A stretch of DNA of 64,000 nt, from contig OY969559.1 of the NCBI GenBank assembly GCA_963701075.1, positions 1,824,001 to 1,888,000 on the forward strand. Reading direction: 5' to 3'. Every line of letters starts with the position of its first letter. The first letter of the stretch is position 1. The position numbers were made by a program, and so were the translations under genes. This DNA comes from an uncultured Nitrososphaerota archaeon. GTDB lineage: Archaea > Thermoproteota > Nitrososphaeria > Nitrososphaerales > Nitrosopumilaceae. The notes under the pieces are model-generated. The model made no database searches, was not told the DNA's origin, and saw nothing but the letters and a program-made list of their open reading frames with translations. Shown one piece after another: positions 39,467 to 48,725 of this stretch.

Positions 39467-40341
39467 TCAAGAAGAATTCCTGAGGCTCCGAGTTTCAGCA
39501 ACTATAGGATTCCACGTATCTATCCATTTACTCTTATGTTCATACATAGAAGGTAAAAAGTAATGTTTCTGAGATACATTACCTCTCCTACCTTGCATGA
39601 ATTCAGCCAACAAAGGATCAACCTTACTGGCATTTATTGTAAAATTCAACTTTCGTAGATATCGTATTTCAAAGCCAAGTTTCTGCTTGTTGATTTTAGT
39701 ATAGACAAGTCTGCTCATTTTGAAGTTTATTTTATCATGTAATTTAGGATGACAGAAAACTGCATTTGCCTTCTTTGTTCCTCTATCCCAGAATAACTCC
39801 ATTATTCCGTCATTGCAGATGTTTGAATGATTGTTAAAGGCATTTACTGCCTCTGTTGTTCTAAGACCACTTACTAATGTGAATAATCCAAATATCCTGT
39901 ATCGTTCAGGTAGTTTGCCAATAGAGTCTAAAACTTGTTCTAACTTCATGTTATTTGCCATAAGATAGTTATTTACAGACGGCTTCCTAGACCATTTGAG
40001 TTCCTTTTTCTTTAGCCAATGTGTGAATTGTTCATGAAAATTACTATCGTTTTTTATGTCTAAGAACCGTGTAAGATTTGCTACTGACTTTAACACGTCT
40101 AGTTTCTTTCTAGTGTCATTCAATGATACAAGTTCATTAGAGAATCCCAAATGATGATATTTCTTGGAATAACTAAAAATGATACTTGCATATTTTTTGT
40201 TTTTGTTTGAGACAAGCCAGTTGTAGTAATCTTCCCAGTTTAGATCTCTTATACAAGTCCTAAATTGTTCTATTGTAGTATTAGATTTTGCCACACTGCA
40301 AAGCGAATCTATAGGGGTTCGAATCCCTTCCTCACCTTTTA
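39467..40341 (-). CDS. Tyrosine integrase C-terminal fragment int(C)
   Basis: SGLR..EA, RGTKKA, RYLRK, FMQGR and HY catalytic residues; begins in the att-encoded peptide. Confidence 0.9.
40296..40341 (+). repeat. att site (duplicated tRNA-Cys 3' half)
   Basis: Identical to 32924-32969. Confidence 0.93.
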
Positions 40342-40395
40342 TGATATCATAATAACCTACTTTACTAAATACACCAAGTTCTACCAAATTCAGAT

Positions 40396-42150
40396 TTGGC
40401 CGATAGAAGTAATGGATTGCTAGAATACATACCAGGGGCAAGACCGCTTTTACAGCAGTCATCTAATGGACAACCGTTAGAGGGGTTTGCCCAGAACATA
40501 CGGGATAGTGTAAGAGAGTACGCTGAAGATGCACAAAATGAAGTTGAAAAAGGCCATAATTTTCTTCAATGGGTGCTTACAAGAGTATTTGAGGCAACAG
40601 AAGATGATGCAACCGATGCAATTATCGATGGACCAAACGATCTGGGCATAGACGCATACCTGCCAGTTGACTTTTCTGAAGATAAGATCTATCTCTTTCA
40701 ATCAAAATATGGAACTTCGCATTCCATGGAAGCCATTGCCAAGTTTAGACAAGACGTGCAAAGTTTACGCACTAGGGACATTACAAAGATGCGGCCCGAG
40801 ATTGCACGTCTAGTAACACAGATCCAAGAAAAAAATCTGAAAATTGAGTGTGTTTATGTTACTGATCAAAAAGTTGATGAGGAAAATTACGAGTCTGTTG
40901 AGATACACGATATAGATACAATAATCCAAAAACTTTGGGATAGGATAAAAAAACCTGCAGTAGGAAAGAAGGCGGCAATAAGGCTAGAGAGCAAACTGAG
41001 GTATCAGAACACCCTCCTTGGAATCTTGAAGTTAAGAGAACTAACTAACTTTGTAACAAAAAATAAGGATTACGTCTTTGAATCAAACATAAGACAGTGG
41101 ATGCAGTTTAAAACGACTGTAAATAAGGGCCTTCGCGAGACTTTACAAGAATCGCCTAACAAATTCTTTTACTACAATAATGGCATAACCATAGTTGTAA
41201 ACGATTTTGAAGAACTTGAGGATAATTCAATACTTTTACACGCACCACAGATAGTCAATGGGGCACAAACATCTAATTCAGTATTAGATCATGCAAAACG
41301 AACTCACAATTTGGATGGAAGCATCACTGTCACCATAATCAAAGCAGCAGACGAATTGGACCAGAACAACATTACAAAGTACAGAAATTCACAGAACGCA
41401 GTAAGAGGAAAAGATCTGGTTTCTTTGATGGACTTTCATAAATCTATAAAATCTCAGATGGAGAATTTCAGATATTTTTATGAAATACAAGCAGGTTCAT
41501 TTGATAGTAAAGCAAAATCACAACAATCAGAATTCATTGGTGATCCCATATACAACAAGTATCTTCCAGATAATCACAAAAAAGTCATTGTTGCCAAAGA
41601 TGCCATACAGGCATTTGTAGCAGGAATTGAGCAGAGACCTACTGAATCATACAGCTCACCTGCACAGTTCTTACCAAGAGGAAGCAAGTATGACGAAGTA
41701 TTCAATGAAAAACTAAAAGATGACTGTAGGCTATTGTTGTATCCTTATCTCGTAAAAGAATATGCAAAAAAGACGTTAAATTATGGAAAGAAGGGAGGCC
41801 ACAAAACAAAAAGATATGCGACCCTCTTTTTTGTTGCAGTTTACTTTAAAATTCTTCATGAGAAAATAATACTTACCAAAGGCGACTTTAAAGAAGATAT
41901 TGCAAAACTAGAGCCAATTTTCAAGAGTGTCAAGCTAAACCAGAGAATTTTAAAACTTACAGACACCGTCGCGACAAAATTTCTAGAAGATACTGTTGTT
42001 GACGATGAGATGACGGCTGCAAATACATACCATAACTTCTTCTCACATCATGTATGGCTGGATTCCATGATACGTGTTATTGAGAAGAAGATAAAGCAAG
42101 AAGAAGACGAGATTGCCAGTATACGAAAAATAGTGCAAGATCTTTTCTAA
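40396..42150 (+). CDS. AIPR family protein
   Basis: DGPNDLGIDA..FQSKY, NIRQ, FFYYNNGITI, QIVNGAQT, NSQNAV. Confidence 0.88.
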   Translation: MADRSNGLLEYIPGARPLLQQSSNGQPLEGFAQNIRDSVREYAEDAQNEVEKGHNFLQWVLTRVFEATEDDATDAIIDGPNDLGIDAYLPVDFSEDKIYLFQSKYGTSHSMEAIAKFRQDVQSLRTRDITKMRPEIARLVTQIQEKNLKIECVYVTDQKVDEENYESVEIHDIDTIIQKLWDRIKKPAVGKKAAIRLESKLRYQNTLLGILKLRELTNFVTKNKDYVFESNIRQWMQFKTTVNKGLRETLQESPNKFFYYNNGITIVVNDFEELEDNSILLHAPQIVNGAQTSNSVLDHAKRTHNLDGSITVTIIKAADELDQNNITKYRNSQNAVRGKDLVSLMDFHKSIKSQMENFRYFYEIQAGSFDSKAKSQQSEFIGDPIYNKYLPDNHKKVIVAKDAIQAFVAGIEQRPTESYSSPAQFLPRGSKYDEVFNEKLKDDCRLLLYPYLVKEYAKKTLNYGKKGGHKTKRYATLFFVAVYFKILHEKIILTKGDFKEDIAKLEPIFKSVKLNQRILKLTDTVATKFLEDTVVDDEMTAANTYHNFFSHHVWLDSMIRVIEKKIKQEEDEIASIRKIVQDLF

Positions 42151-42161
42151 AATTTTTATGA

Positions 42162-42235
42162 AAAGTAGCGGCAGATGGGTGACCGATAGGTCTCTTGCAG
42201 GAGGTCCACATTAGCCATCCGTCTACCGCTGTTTT
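42162..42235. ncRNA. GC-rich intergenic hairpin, candidate small RNA
   Basis: AGCGGCAGATGGGTG pairs imperfectly with CATCCGTCTACCGCT in an AT-rich context. Confidence 0.4.
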
Positions 42236-42282
42236 ACCGTATGAAATTGGTAGTATTTAACATCATTTTTATAACGAAAAAA

Positions 42283-42462
42283 ATGAATTTTAATAACTTG
42301 GAAGAAACAAAAAAATGCGCTTTATGCAATAGTTCTTTGGATCATGAATATCATCCCATGGATACATGGGACGTCAAGGGGTTTTTGTGTAGCAAGTGCT
42401 ATTCTAAAAAACTCGGTGAGCATTATCCAGGCACTCATGAAAGAGTTAACAAGTCAAACTAA
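42283..42462 (+). CDS. Small CxxC zinc-finger protein
   Basis: CALC...WDVKGFLCSKCY..KL.EHYPG.H. Confidence 0.65.
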   Translation: MNFNNLEETKKCALCNSSLDHEYHPMDTWDVKGFLCSKCYSKKLGEHYPGTHERVNKSN

Positions 42463-43011
42463 AAACCAACCAGTCTTTATCTGAGATTTATCTGACGCAT
42501 TCCCTATTCCAGTTGCATATCTCCATACGTATCTAGCCCTAGTTTCCATCTTGTTCTTTATTTGGGCAAGCGATTCAAGTTCAGACTGAATATTTCCAGT
42601 TGTACTGGAACAGCTTTCACAAAATTTGCATTTTGGATCTAGGGTTGGAGGCTGGGATTCCATCAATGGGTATGCCCTACAGGCAAGCGGCCTATCTTGG
42701 TATATTTTGCATTTGTATCCACCATGGGGCGATCTGTCGTTGCTTTCAGTGTCAAGAAAAGGGCATGTGTTTCCATCAAGTTCCTTTCCCATTAGTTGAT
42801 ATGCAAGAACTTCATCTGGCTTGTCATTTTTTTCTGAAACACCTATTCTGGGAAGAATTTCTGCTGTAATAGAGTGCTTTTTTGCCAAAAATTCTATTTT
42901 TTGTTTCTCATCAGGTAAGATGAGCACTCCTATTTTGCCAAATTGCACAGATGGATAGTATTCTCTTTCTATACAACATTTAGAACATCCTTCTACACAT
43001 GAAAAGTCCAA
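42454..43011 (-). CDS. YkgJ/CxxCxxCC Fe-S cluster protein
   Basis: CVEGCSKCC, CPFL, CKIY.DRP.ACRAYP. Confidence 0.85.
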   Translation of the reverse strand: MDFSCVEGCSKCCIEREYYPSVQFGKIGVLILPDEKQKIEFLAKKHSITAEILPRIGVSEKNDKPDEVLAYQLMGKELDGNTCPFLDTESNDRSPHGGYKCKIYQDRPLACRAYPLMESQPPTLDPKCKFCESCSSTTGNIQSELESLAQIKNKMETRARYVWRYATGIGNASDKSQIKTGWFLV

Positions 43012-43130
43012 TACAGTCTAGATGTTGAAAAGGGATAAAACCTATTTCATGACAGAATTATTTTGGACCAACAGGTATTTCGAAAGGAAGCGTAATACCC
43101 TTATATCACCTCACCTTATAAGTACCGAAC

Positions 43131-43412
43131 ATGGTAGCGTATAGATCTAGTATGCAGATAGTGCGAGATCTGCTTTCTGTCACAGAAGAAAGTGGCGTAG
43201 GCGGCATCAATGTAACAGCACTTCTAACAAAGGCTAACTTATCACATTCAAGACTCTCCAAGTTTATCGATAACCTAACTGGAGCAGGTCTAATAAACAA
43301 GATAGAGTTTGATGGCAAGAACACGTTTGTCATAACCTCAAAGGGCAAGCAATACCTAGAAACCTACGTACAGTTCCAAAGCTTGGCTGATTCTTTCGGC
43401 CTAGAACTCTAA
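43131..43412 (+). CDS. Winged-helix transcriptional regulator
   Basis: YRSSMQIVRDLL...LLTKANLSH..L...GLI...ITSKG; paralogue of 28912-29202. Confidence 0.85.
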   Translation: MVAYRSSMQIVRDLLSVTEESGVGGINVTALLTKANLSHSRLSKFIDNLTGAGLINKIEFDGKNTFVITSKGKQYLETYVQFQSLADSFGLEL

Positions 43413-43835
43413 GTAGCCTTACTAAATTTTTAATTTTAAAAATCCCCAGTTTTGAAATTATTTGTAATTTTTAAGATAGTCATTTCAGGTCTTTGGCATA
43501 ATTTCGAAAGTATCACGTTATAGAACATATCACTTACAAAAAGAAAAAGATGCAATGGATCTTTTTTCTAAAGTTTTTGACAAATTTTTTAGATCAGAAT
43601 TAGATCTGTAGGTCAGGTATAAGACAATCGACAGATCTATAAAGGCGTAGACTGGCTTATGTTTGGGGAGTATAGACGTGACAGAAGTAATAATATGGTG
43701 GAAAGGACTTGCAAAGGAACTAGAGTTAGACATAGAAACTCTCAGTGACGGACAAGAAAGAAAGAAACAATTTTGAATTTTTTGCCAGTTCTGTACTGTA
43801 ATAGGTATTTAGTTTTTTGAAAATTTAATTTTATG

Positions 43836-43909
43836 AGCCTCGAGTGGGATTCGATCCCACGGCCTAACGCTTACGAGGCGTTCGCTCTACCAGGCTGAGC
43901 TATCGAGGC
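43836..43909 (-). tRNA. tRNA-Thr(CGT)
   Basis: GCCTCGA/TCGAGGC acceptor; AACGC-CTCGTAA-GCGTT anticodon arm. Confidence 0.93.
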
Positions 43910-43962
43910 ATTGGTTCGCAATGCCATCAGAGTTTATAAAAAGCCTTTGTGCTTTGGATTCA

Positions 43963-45276
43963 TTGAAGGTAACAATTTCCGGAGTACGCGGAATTTTTGC
44001 TGATGATCTTAATATCAAAGACATAATACATTTTTGTCGGAATTTTTCACATCTCATAAAATCAAAAAGATGCGTTCTGGCACGTGATACCAGACCGTCA
44101 AGTGAAATTCTTTCTCATGTTGCGTCTGCTTCGCTCATGGAAAGAGGCATTTCAGTATACAATTTAGGGGTGGCACCCACCCCAGTTGCGTTCAGAGAGT
44201 CAAGAAAGTATGGAAGTGGACTGATAGTAACATCTTCCCACAACCCCCTAGAATGGAATGGGCTAAAATTCATCATAGACGGCAGAGGGATTAATGAATC
44301 AGAATTAGAACGCATGCTAAAAGAAAAATCACAATCAAAAGAAAAAATAGGTTCGGAATCAGAAATCGATTCTAGCTATGTCAAAGAAGCTGCAAAATTA
44401 ATTGGCAAAGTGAGCGGTAAACCAAATGTTGTAGTTGACGTAGGAGGCGGAGCAGCCTTTGAAGTAGCTCCATTACTTTTAGGCAAACTTGGATGTAAAG
44501 TAAAAAAAATAAATCACATTCCAGGCAAGTCCTCGCGTGGGCCTGACCCAACTTCTGACAGATTATCAGACCTGATAAAATTATCTAAAAAGGCAGATAT
44601 CGGATTTGCGTTTGATTTGGATGGAGACAGACTTGTAGTAGTAAAAGATGGCAAGAAACAAACACCGGATGTAACTCTAGGACTAGGAGTTGCCAAAGCG
44701 CTTGAAATTGGATACAAAAAGTTTGTTTTAAGCATAGACACAAGTGTTGCAATTGAGAAATTTATCAATAATGAAGGAGGTCAAGTTAAGAGATCCAAAG
44801 TTGGAGAAGCTAATGTCGTAGATTTAATGTTAAAGACAAACTCTCAAGCAGGCGGAGAAGGCAGTAGTGCTGGTTTTATCTTGCCTGAGTTTAACATGTG
44901 TAGAGACGGATTGCTCACAAGTGGCCTGATTGCGTCAATGGTTGGGACTGATGAATTTTCAGACATTTCCAAATTCATGGAAGGATATTTTCAAAGAAGA
45001 ATCAAGGTAAATGTAGACTCGAAATTTCACAAAAAAACAATGGAGATACTAACCAAAAAGATGAAAGGAAAATTCAGCCACATAATAACAATGGATGGAG
45101 TCAAGGCAATCATAGATGAAGACAATTGGGTTCTGGTACGACAATCAAATACAGAACACAGCATAAGAATTTCTACTGAATCAAACAATTTGAAAAAGGC
45201 AAAATCTATAGAAAAAGAGGTTACTAATCTAGTCAGTAAAAGCTATGAAGAATCCAGACGAAATAGAAATCATTAG
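43963..45276 (+). CDS. Phosphohexomutase (PMM/PGM/GlmM family)
   Basis: SGVRG, TSSHNP, FDLDGDR, GGEGS, RQSNTE. Confidence 0.9.
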   Translation: MKVTISGVRGIFADDLNIKDIIHFCRNFSHLIKSKRCVLARDTRPSSEILSHVASASLMERGISVYNLGVAPTPVAFRESRKYGSGLIVTSSHNPLEWNGLKFIIDGRGINESELERMLKEKSQSKEKIGSESEIDSSYVKEAAKLIGKVSGKPNVVVDVGGGAAFEVAPLLLGKLGCKVKKINHIPGKSSRGPDPTSDRLSDLIKLSKKADIGFAFDLDGDRLVVVKDGKKQTPDVTLGLGVAKALEIGYKKFVLSIDTSVAIEKFINNEGGQVKRSKVGEANVVDLMLKTNSQAGGEGSSAGFILPEFNMCRDGLLTSGLIASMVGTDEFSDISKFMEGYFQRRIKVNVDSKFHKKTMEILTKKMKGKFSHIITMDGVKAIIDEDNWVLVRQSNTEHSIRISTESNNLKKAKSIEKEVTNLVSKSYEESRRNRNH

Positions 45277-46204
45277 AATATTTCAGCACAGATTTGGGCA
45301 AAAATCAAGTTTTGTCCCAGAAGACTTGGAGCTCCTAGCAATGGCCAATAGAAATTTTGTCGTAAAGTCAGACATGCTAGTTCAAAGTACAGATGTCCCA
45401 ACTGGCATGAAATTGTACCAAGTGGCAAGAAAGAGCATTGTTTCATGTGTGAGTGATTTTGCCTGTAAGGGAGTCAAGCCAAGATATGCCACTATTTCAC
45501 TTGCTATTCCTCAAGGATTTACTAGAAAAATGATAAATGAACTGGCAGATGGTTTTGCCATGGCCTCAAAAGAATTTGATGTAAAGATAATTGGCGGAGA
45601 CATAAATCAAGGAAAAGAAATTGTCATCGATGTATCCATGTTTGGGGTTAGTACAAGTAAAATAATACCAAGAGGAGGGGCAAAAAATGGTGATGCGATA
45701 ATTACGTCTGGGCCATTTGGATACTCTTCATCAGGATGGAAGATCATATTTGGAAACCTCAAAGCAGAACCAAAATTTGTTAAAAAATGCAAAAAAAGTG
45801 TCTTTTTGCCCACACCTAGACTAGAGTTTGGATTAAGGGCAGCAAGATATTTTTCTTCTTCCATGGATTCAAGCGATGGCCTATCTATCACTCTAAATGA
45901 CATGAGCAGGTTGAGCAAAAAGAGATTTGTCATAACTACAATTCCAACTGGAAAGGATGTAGAAGCGTTTGCAGAAAAGAAGAGAGTGAGTCTGACAAAT
46001 CTTGTCTTTTGCGGAGGCGAAGAGTATGAAATAGTTGCTACAGTTCCTGCAAAGAAGATACATGCAGTAAAGAGGCTTGCAAAGATGCTTGGCGTACCTC
46101 TTTTTGAAATAGGTCATGTCGCCAACGGCAAAAATGTATCTCTCAGAGATGGAAAACGGGAAACACCTCTCAAACGATGTGGATGGGTTCACCTCAGATC
46201 CTAA
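45245..46204 (+). CDS. thiL: Thiamine-monophosphate kinase
   Basis: SDFACKG, IGGD, MDSSDGL, GGEEYE. Confidence 0.9.
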   Translation: MKNPDEIEIIRIFQHRFGQKSSFVPEDLELLAMANRNFVVKSDMLVQSTDVPTGMKLYQVARKSIVSCVSDFACKGVKPRYATISLAIPQGFTRKMINELADGFAMASKEFDVKIIGGDINQGKEIVIDVSMFGVSTSKIIPRGGAKNGDAIITSGPFGYSSSGWKIIFGNLKAEPKFVKKCKKSVFLPTPRLEFGLRAARYFSSSMDSSDGLSITLNDMSRLSKKRFVITTIPTGKDVEAFAEKKRVSLTNLVFCGGEEYEIVATVPAKKIHAVKRLAKMLGVPLFEIGHVANGKNVSLRDGKRETPLKRCGWVHLRS

Positions 46205-46242
46205 TGTTTTAGCCAACTGCAAAACAGGGGTCTAAATCCAAC
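46201..46242. repeat. ~42-bp imperfect direct repeat, copy 1 (starts at the thiL stop)
   Basis: CTAATGTTTTAGCCAACTGCAAAACAGGGGTCTAAATCCAAC matches 47139-47182. Confidence 0.75.
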
Positions 46243-46354
46243 ACTACTTAACATTTGCTCATATCACAAAATTAGGTCTTTTGTCAATTAGTAGAGTCGT
46301 GCGATGTAAGGATTGGTTGTTATTCTTTAAGTAAGAGCTTGGCCAATCTTCATC

Positions 46355-46951
46355 ATGAAAAAATTTGGGAACATGTTTGGTTCAAAGAAAGATACGCTTG
46401 AAGAGAGCGAGAAGGTAATAGGTAAAAAAGATAGAATAGAAAGAAAAGATCTTGCAGGGAATAAGAAAACCGCTGTGGGAGTTTTGGAAGAGTTGGCTAG
46501 TGATAAGGATTGGGAGGTAAGAAGAGAAGTCGCTCGCAATGAGGCCACACCGTCAGAAGTTTTGGAAAAGCTGGCCAGTGATAAGAAAGAGGAGGTAAGA
46601 AGAGAAGTCGCACATAACAAGAAAACTTCTGCTGAAACTTTGAAAGAGTTGGCTAGTGATGATGATTGGGAGGTAAGATATGGCGTGGCAAGGAATCACA
46701 ATACCCACGTAGCGGTTGTGGAGAAGATGCGCACAGATAAGGAATGGAGGGTAAGAGAATGCGTGGCTTGGAATGAGAAAACCTCTGTGGGAGTTTTGGA
46801 AGAGTTGGCTTTGGATCGTCGGGAGGTAAGATATGCGGTTTTAATGAACAAGAAGACGCCTATTGATCTTGTGAAGCGTATAAAACTTGAGAATGAACGG
46901 GAAGACGCAGAGAGAAAGAAAACTGAGACTCAAAAGAGCAGATATAGTTGA
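46355..46951 (+). CDS. LRV/HEAT-like repeat protein
   Basis: About five to six ~24-aa repeats (LEELASDKDWEVRREVARN..T...V). Confidence 0.8.
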   Translation: MKKFGNMFGSKKDTLEESEKVIGKKDRIERKDLAGNKKTAVGVLEELASDKDWEVRREVARNEATPSEVLEKLASDKKEEVRREVAHNKKTSAETLKELASDDDWEVRYGVARNHNTHVAVVEKMRTDKEWRVRECVAWNEKTSVGVLEELALDRREVRYAVLMNKKTPIDLVKRIKLENEREDAERKKTETQKSRYS

Positions 46952-47138
46952 GATGAAGACATCCTTGCTGATGCAGGATTACTCTGCTAATGTAACTGCT
47001 AATGTAATGGCTGAGTTGTAGTTGACATAATACGGAAGAATTTCCAAAAACCGACCCTATCTTTTCCATCTCTTATTCCCATCCGATGGTTTTTTGTCAA
47101 TTAGCGTAAACGAAATCAAAACCGCATATCTCAAAATA

Positions 47139-47182
47139 CTAATGTTTTTTAGTCAACTGCAATACGGTGGTCTAAATCCAAC
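47139..47182. repeat. ~44-bp imperfect direct repeat, copy 2
   Basis: CTAATGTTTTTTAGTCAACTGCAATACGGTGGTCTAAATCCAAC. Confidence 0.75.
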
Positions 47183-47372
47183 CCTTCAACCTTTAATTTT
47201 CTACCTTATCACAAATCAACCACTCTAACATTATCTTAGACCTCGAAACCCCTGGTGTCTGCGAAGCAGATGGGGATGAATTGAGACTGAGCGTCTTCAA
47301 TAGTCAAACATAGTTACAATAGTTACACATAGTTTTAATTATTCTACTATGCTATAACATAGTGAAGATAAC

Positions 47373-47522
47373 ATGCAACGAGCCACAAAGAAACCCAAAC
47401 AAGAAGTAGACGATCTCACGCCAGAAGAGATAGCAGACATCAAAGAATATGAATCCGATAAAGCCAAAGGCAAGATAAAACGAAGCACTTTAGAAGAACT
47501 GCTCAAAGAACTACACGAATAA
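47373..47522 (+). CDS. Putative antitoxin (49 aa)
   Basis: MQRATKKPKQEVDDLTPEEIADIKEYESDKAKGKIKRSTLEELLKELHE; directly upstream of a RelE-like gene; absent from the ORF track. Confidence 0.7.
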   Translation: MQRATKKPKQEVDDLTPEEIADIKEYESDKAKGKIKRSTLEELLKELHE

Positions 47523-47587
47523 GTTGTGAGCATTGCCTGTATCATCACAGCGTCTCATAAATAAGACCAGAATAAAGAATTACATAA

Positions 47588-47851
47588 ATGTGGATACTTG
47601 CACCAAACAAGAAGTTTATCAAACAATACAAGTCATTGAGTTCTGATTTACAAAAAAGGGTAGACTCGGCACTTGCCGAATTAGTCAAGTCTGAAAACCC
47701 TATAAAATTAGGCGACTACAAACCAAGTCTAAAAGTATGTGCCTACAACCTTGATAAGAGTAATAGAATTATCTACTCGGTTGATTTTGTAAACAATACA
47801 ATAGAGCTCCGCAGAGTCGGCACTCATAAACAAGCATATGGTAAGGATTAG
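47588..47851 (+). CDS. RelE/ParE/YafQ-fold toxin
   Basis: KKFIKQYKSL...Q.RV..AL..L...NP, RIIYSVD, LRRVGTH..AY. Confidence 0.8.
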   Translation: MWILAPNKKFIKQYKSLSSDLQKRVDSALAELVKSENPIKLGDYKPSLKVCAYNLDKSNRIIYSVDFVNNTIELRRVGTHKQAYGKD

Positions 47852-47948
47852 AAATAAGTACGTTTTCACAATAACAATCTTCCAAAAATCCACGACTGGG
47901 TCTATTTCTTCGAACAAATGTTTTTTAAACCCGTTATAGAGCTCTGAA

Positions 47949-48353
47949 ATGTTGTCAGAGCAAGAAACTAAGGAGAAATGGGGAGTTGCCCACATATACA
48001 GTAGTTATAACAATACTATTGTCCACATCACAGATGTTTCTGGTGCCGAGACGGTAGCCATCAGTTCTGGTGGAAGACATGTAAATGCAGACAGGTATGA
48101 GTCATCTCCTTATGCTGCAATGAAATCCACTGCAGCTGTTGTAGGGTCTGCTCATGACAAAGGTTTCACAGGACTTCACATCAGGGTAAGAGCTGTGGGC
48201 GGAGTTGGATTGAGAGTTCCAGGACCTGGAGCGCAGGCAGCAATCAGAGCGCTGGCAAGAGGCGGATTTAAGATCGGCAGAATTGATGACGTAACACCTA
48301 TTCCTCATGATACGACCCGCAAGAAGGGCGGCAAAAGAGGAAGAAGAGTCTAG
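47949..48353 (+). CDS. rps11: 30S ribosomal protein S11
   Basis: [33 protein letters not shown]. Confidence 0.97.
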   Translation: MLSEQETKEKWGVAHIYSSYNNTIVHITDVSGAETVAISSGGRHVNADRYESSPYAAMKSTAAVVGSAHDKGFTGLHIRVRAVGGVGLRVPGPGAQAAIRALARGGFKIGRIDDVTPIPHDTTRKKGGKRGRRV

Positions 48354-48676
48354 GTTTCTGTTAGTTTTACCTTTACTTTTGCATTTTTGTTTTCAAAGAA
48401 GTTTGTCATAAAACTGGCAAATTTTTCTTCATATGTTTTTCCTTTAGACGCTTGAATTTTGTCATCAAGTTTTAGTTGCATTGCAGACAAGAGTTCGTCT
48501 TTTATCAATATCTTGAAAAACGCCCAGCCAAATCTATTCATGGGCTCGCTAATAAGAAACCCATCATGTACTTCACAAAGCATTTGCAAGTTATCCATTG
48601 CAGAAGAAATTAGTTCAATGTCTGTTTCGTATTTTGTACTTGCAATTTCTAAGAGGGTTGGTCTGTTATTCATCAA
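48350..48676 (-). CDS. Hypothetical protein
   Basis: 108-aa ORF downstream of the rtcB gene run. Confidence 0.6.
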   Translation of the reverse strand: MMNNRPTLLEIASTKYETDIELISSAMDNLQMLCEVHDGFLISEPMNRFGWAFFKILIKDELLSAMQLKLDDKIQASKGKTYEEKFASFMTNFFENKNAKVKVKLTET

Positions 48677-48725
48677 GTTCCCCAGCCAAGGTCTGCAGAA
48701 AGAGCCATCTTACATTTCCAGAATA

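Larger units (their letters stand above)
32924..40341. mobile_element. Integrated element (~7.4 kb) in tRNA-Cys with split SSV1-type integrase
   Basis: Identical 46-bp direct repeat of the tRNA 3' half at both ends, integrase halves at each end, AT-richer cargo all on the minus strand. Confidence 0.92.

Noticed and set aside
40296-40341. Second tRNA-Cys gene
   Set aside because: Only the 3' half is present; it is the att duplication
40342-40462. N-terminal extension of the 331-aa integrase ORF
   Set aside because: Lies outside att and overlaps the AIPR start on the opposite strand; the real N-terminus is at 33174
43530-43780. Small ORF or pseudogene fragments beside tRNA-Thr
   Set aside because: Interrupted by stops, no recognisable family, and no att duplication of tRNA-Thr seen
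46984-47010. CTGCTAATGTAA tandem duplication
   Set aside because: Two copies of 12 bp, consistent with simple slippage
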